Of a stretch of DNA of 64,000 nucleotides, positions 60,058-64,000 are shown piece after piece. The notes beneath the pieces were generated by a model, which was not told the origin of the DNA, searched no databases, and worked only from the letters and a program-made list of their open reading frames with translations. The stretch spans positions 18,538,001 through 18,602,000 of the forward strand of contig OZ024757.1 of assembly GCA_964016885.1 (NCBI GenBank), given 5' to 3'. Every line of letters begins with the position of its first letter. The stretch's first letter is position 1. Made by a program: the position numbers and the translations under genes. This stretch comes from Eledone cirrhosa. Taxonomy: Eukaryota.

Positions 60058-62132
60058 TTTTGTTAGAGGTGCCTACTGACTGTAGGTTTCGCTTTGTACT
60101 TAGGCAAGGCGGGTCTTCTGTATGACCGTGTAGCGCCAAAGATCTCGGTCCAGTGACATTGTCTTGGAGAGGTGTAAGTGTGTGAGGTCGGAATTTATCA
60201 AGTCGTCCCAGGTTTTTCTGGGTCTGCCTACTAAGTGGCTACCGTCTATTTTTATCGCCCTGCACTTTTTTATACAGCTGTCGTCTTTCATGCGCATCAC
60301 ATGACCGTACCAACGTAGTCTTCTCTCGAATAAACATCATCTGATCCCTCTTATTCCTAATTTCTCCCTTAGTTCGTTTATGCTTTGCCGTTCACGTATA
60401 TTACTATTACACATCCAGTGGAGCATGCAAGCTTCGTTTCTCTCCAGTCTGCGTATATCCTCTGCACACAATGCCCAGGTCTCACTGCCATGTAACATTG
60501 CTGTTCGTATGCAGCATCATACAGCCTTCCTTTCATTTTTAGAGAGAACCCTTTAGCGGCCAATAGTGGTATAAGCTCTCTGAACTTTTTCCATCCCGTT
60601 CTGACTCTAGCTACTGCACTTTCAGAGCACCCTCCCCCACTGCTGATTTTGTCACCCAGGTAACGGAAGGTGTCCACTATTTCTATAGAACCATCTGTGC
60701 AATGGAATGAGCTAGTATTCTGTGGGCACTTGCTGCTACTTATTGCACCAGAGCACCGGCCACATATAAAATCTATATTCTTAGTTAGCTTACCTGTGAT
60801 CCCACTACATCTTTTATGCACCCATACTTTGCATTTGGGACATAAAATGGAGTTTCTGCCTACTCCTTTCCTACACACTGAGCATGGCCATTTCCCAGAT
60901 GGGACCGGTGCCCTATTTTCCTTCCTACAAACTAGAACTTTAGTCTTAGACAAGTTAACTTTAAGGCCTTTTGATTCTAGGCCATGCTTCCATGTTTGGA
61001 ATTTCTTCTCTAGTTCAGCCATTGATTCAGCTATGAGCGTTAGATCATCTGCATATAGGAGTTCCCATGGGCAGCCGGTCTTGAACTCCTCTGTTATAGC
61101 CTGAAGGGCAATAATAAATAGTAGGGGGCTAAGAACGGAGCCCTGATGAACACCAACTTTTTCGCTAAACTCTTCACTATATCCGTTGTTAATTCTAACC
61201 TTGCTGACTGTTTCTTTATACATGGCTTGTATAGCTCTCACAAGCCATTCATCAACACCTAGTTTTCTAAGCGCCCACCAGATAATGGAGCGGGGGACTC
61301 TGTCAAAGGCTTTCTCCAAGTCAACAAAAGCTAAGTATAAGGGTTTACTTTTAGCTAGGTACTTCTCTCGTAGTTGTCGTACAATGAAAAGAGCGTCCGT
61401 GGTACTTTTACCTGACACAAACGCGAACTGCATTTCATCTAGATCAATTCGTTCTCTGATTAGTTGCGCTATTACTTTTTCTGTGACCTTCATGACCTGG
61501 TCGATTAATTTAATGCCTCTATAGTTACCCCTATCAAGAGCATCTCCTTTACCCTTGTAGCAGTTAATGATGATGCTGCTACGCCAGTCCTTCGGAACGG
61601 CCCCATTCTGTATGACTTGGTTTACTATCCGGGTGACCATAGTGTGTCCCACCATTCCAGATGCTTTCAGCATTTCAGCAACTATTTCCGAAGGCCCAGC
61701 CGCCTTACCCATCTTCATATCTTTGATTGCCTTACTTATTATACTACCTTCAACTCGCACTGCTGGTCCCTCTATTGGATCGATGTGGGGGAGACTGTCT
61801 TTCTCCCATTTATTCTCCTCATTTAGTAGCCTTTCGTAGTGACACTTCCAAGCTACCTTCTTATCAGCGTCAGTGATGGCAAGTACACCATCATCATTAA
61901 GGACACACTTCTCCCCGACAATATCACGGTTTTCCTTGACACATTGCCTAGCAATCCTGAACACCTCACGTTTTTGGTCCTCGCATTGTAGAACATGCTT
62001 GAACTTTCTTTCCTCTGCTTCCCTTCTTGCGAAGTACACTTGTCTCCTAGCTTCCCTCCTGGCCACTAGATAGTCTTCTCTACTTCCCCCATCCCGCCAT
62101 ACTTTCCAAGCCTGCTTTTTGGCCTTAATTGA
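60058..62132 (-). mobile_element. RTE LINE ORF, 5'-truncated, near-intact RT domain
   Basis: 562-aa ORF with NYRGIKL, QFAF..GKST.DA, FVDLEKAFDRV, GVHQGSVLSPLLF, YADD, YLG; frameshift near 60510. Confidence 0.95.
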
Positions 62133-62225
62133 CTCATATAGATATAGATATATATATAGATAGATATAGATATATATATATATATGTAGATATAGATAGA
62201 TATAGGTAGATATAGATAGATATAG

Positions 62226-62258
<33 letters not shown>

Positions 62259-62271
62259 TAGATATATATCA

Positions 62272-63022
62272 ATGGAACTTTACATCTTGTTTGGATATTT
62301 GTCTAAAGTTTCCTAGTCACATGGGGGTGTTCTGATCCCCAAATTCTCACATTATGTGTTCAGTTTCCCTGAAACATGAAAGGTTGCCTCATCACTAAAA
62401 CAAACTCGGGTGAGAAATATTTCATCCTCAGAAATTCATTCCAGCATGTTGCCTGCAAACTCTTTTCATCTTGGTTTATCATTTGGTTCGAGTGCCTGTA
62501 AGAGTTGCACTTTGTAAGCATACAATCGCAAGTTCTTGTTTAGGACTTTATCTACTGTTGAACATGGCAGCTGTAATTGTCTGACAGCAGTACAGATGGA
62601 GTTTGTAGGAGAACGATGAAAGACTTGTCTTATACGATCGATGTTTTCCTCGGATGTTCTTCGTCGTCCACTCCTCCCTTTATCCAACAATGTCTCCAGA
62701 AATTTCTTGTGCCATGCACGAATTGACGGACGTGACGGTGGATCTCTTCCATACTTAGTTCTGTAGTTTCGCCGAGTCTGCATATCTGATTTTGTTTCAA
62801 TAAACCATGACACACATTGTGCTTTTTCTTGAGGAGTAGCCATTTTTAGGGGTTCGTTTAACAGTACCTCTTTCATCAACAGGATATCTGAAATACACAG
62901 ATGCAGTTTGATTAAAAACTTTGATAACTGCTGAGGACATAGAACAAATCTGATTAAGATATCTCCTCAATTGCCTTTGTAATATATTTTTTAAATTGTA
63001 AAGAGAATTTATGGACACCCTG
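62272..63022 (-). mobile_element. Tc1/mariner-superfamily (rosa/DD41D-like) element, 5' half
   Basis: TA-cagggtgtcc terminus; MATPQEKAQCVSWFIETKS...PPSRPSIRAWHKKF...YKVQLLQAL. Confidence 0.72.
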
Positions 63023-63134
63023 TATATATATGTGTGTGTGTATATATATATATATATACACTCACACACCGCATTTCCATTGAAATTTTCTTGTCGTGTC
63101 CACAAGAGTGTCAATTACAAAGCTTGGCTAGATA

Positions 63135-63735
63135 TGGTTCCGCCACAGCTGAAGACATTGCTGTTCTTTCTCATTAAACTCTGCCAAGTCCAATACTGTG
63201 CAGGGGTGTGCCAGCAGGGGGGCATATCAGGAGGTGCTGCGTAGTCTGTGGTTCAATGCCACAGTCACACACAACGTGCCCCATCCATTAACCCTTTAGC
63301 ATTCATATTACTCTATATATACTATTATATTTTCATGGTAAATGCTTTATCTCACATAATTATCTCACATAATATCGAATCTATGAGATTTTTAAAGTAC
63401 TTATTTTGAGAACAATACCTTAACATCAGTTTGAGCGACCAGTTACAGCCTGTTTCAACAGAAAAGGGTAGAGAATTCTGGCCGGTTTTGGCTGGTTTGA
63501 ACATTAAAGGGTTAAAAATGCCCATTTTGCAAGATTGACTTTTGCACGTCCAACACCAGATGTTAGTCTGTTGAGGCATTTCCACACTGCATAGTTTGTA
63601 TCTGCTCCTTGGGGGCAGTGCCTCGCTCACCTTTAGCTGCATTGAGTAGGAGCCGATGTCTGTGTGTGTCTGAGGTGACGCTGTGGTAGGTTCCTTCACT
63701 CCACAGGCAACCTTGGTTTGTCCTGCCTGTTGAAT
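63135..63735 (-). mobile_element. Ingi/Vingi-like LINE C-terminus, split by a MITE
   Basis: Minus strand WKCLNRLTSGVGRAKVNLAKWAF | CVCDCGIEPQTTQHLLICP. Confidence 0.6.
63292..63511. mobile_element. piggyBac-like MITE (220 bp)
   Basis: TTAA duplications at 63288-63291 and 63512-63515; termini CCCTTTA...TAAAGGG; interrupts a LINE reading frame cleanly. Confidence 0.75.
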
Positions 63736-63744
63736 GCTGGTCAC

Positions 63745-64000
63745 TTCACCAGCTACACTGAACTAAACCTGATCATTAAGTGGGCACTAGCTCGGGTAAC
63801 TATCCCATCACTTCTGGAACCGGCTGGAATATCAAGAAGTGATGGGAAGAGACCATACGACCTTACCCTTTATCCCTGGGTAAGAGGCAGATGTCTCATG
63901 TGGGACACCACAGTCAGTGACTCTTTTTCTCCCTCCTTCAAATTATGGACGCCGCGGTAAATGTGAGGGTCGCTGCTTCCGTTACCAAACGGAATAAAAT
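63745..64000 (+). mobile_element. CRE/NeSL-like restriction-like endonuclease fragment
   Basis: ELNLIIKWALARVTIPSLLEPAGISRSDGKRP.DLTLYPWVRGRCLMWDTTVSD. Confidence 0.7.

Overview
Eukaryotic, very repeat-rich, AT-microsatellite-laden genomic DNA. The repeat inventory suggests an octopus/cephalopod genome, but that is an inference. Almost all ORFs in the supplied track are microsatellite or antisense-TE artefacts. Reading splice sites by hand gives one complete 12-exon + strand gene (23691-54365, 1704 nt CDS, 567 aa, every GT-AG junction phase-compatible). It encodes an IQ-motif protein resembling IQCM, with a complete 189-aa von Willebrand A domain (degenerate MIDAS) inserted in the middle as a four-exon, phase-1/phase-1 module. 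The window also carries a dense set of type I hammerhead ribozyme motifs: 11 with an intact catalytic core, plus decayed or half copies. They come from several unrelated short elements that sit in (TA)n tracts and often form long fold-back inverted repeats, matching Penelope-like (PLE) pseudo-LTR/retrozyme architecture. One textbook hammerhead lies in sense orientation in intron 1 of the gene. Other content: RTE, CR1, Tx1/L1, R4/Dong, Vingi-like and CRE-like LINE fragments; two tRNA-derived SINE families (one young, 11 copies, sharing its tail with RTE); mariner, maT and rosa-like DNA transposon remnants; a piggyBac-like MITE; a gypsy pol fragment; and several minisatellites. Family names and the IQCM call rest on recalled motifs, not database searches.
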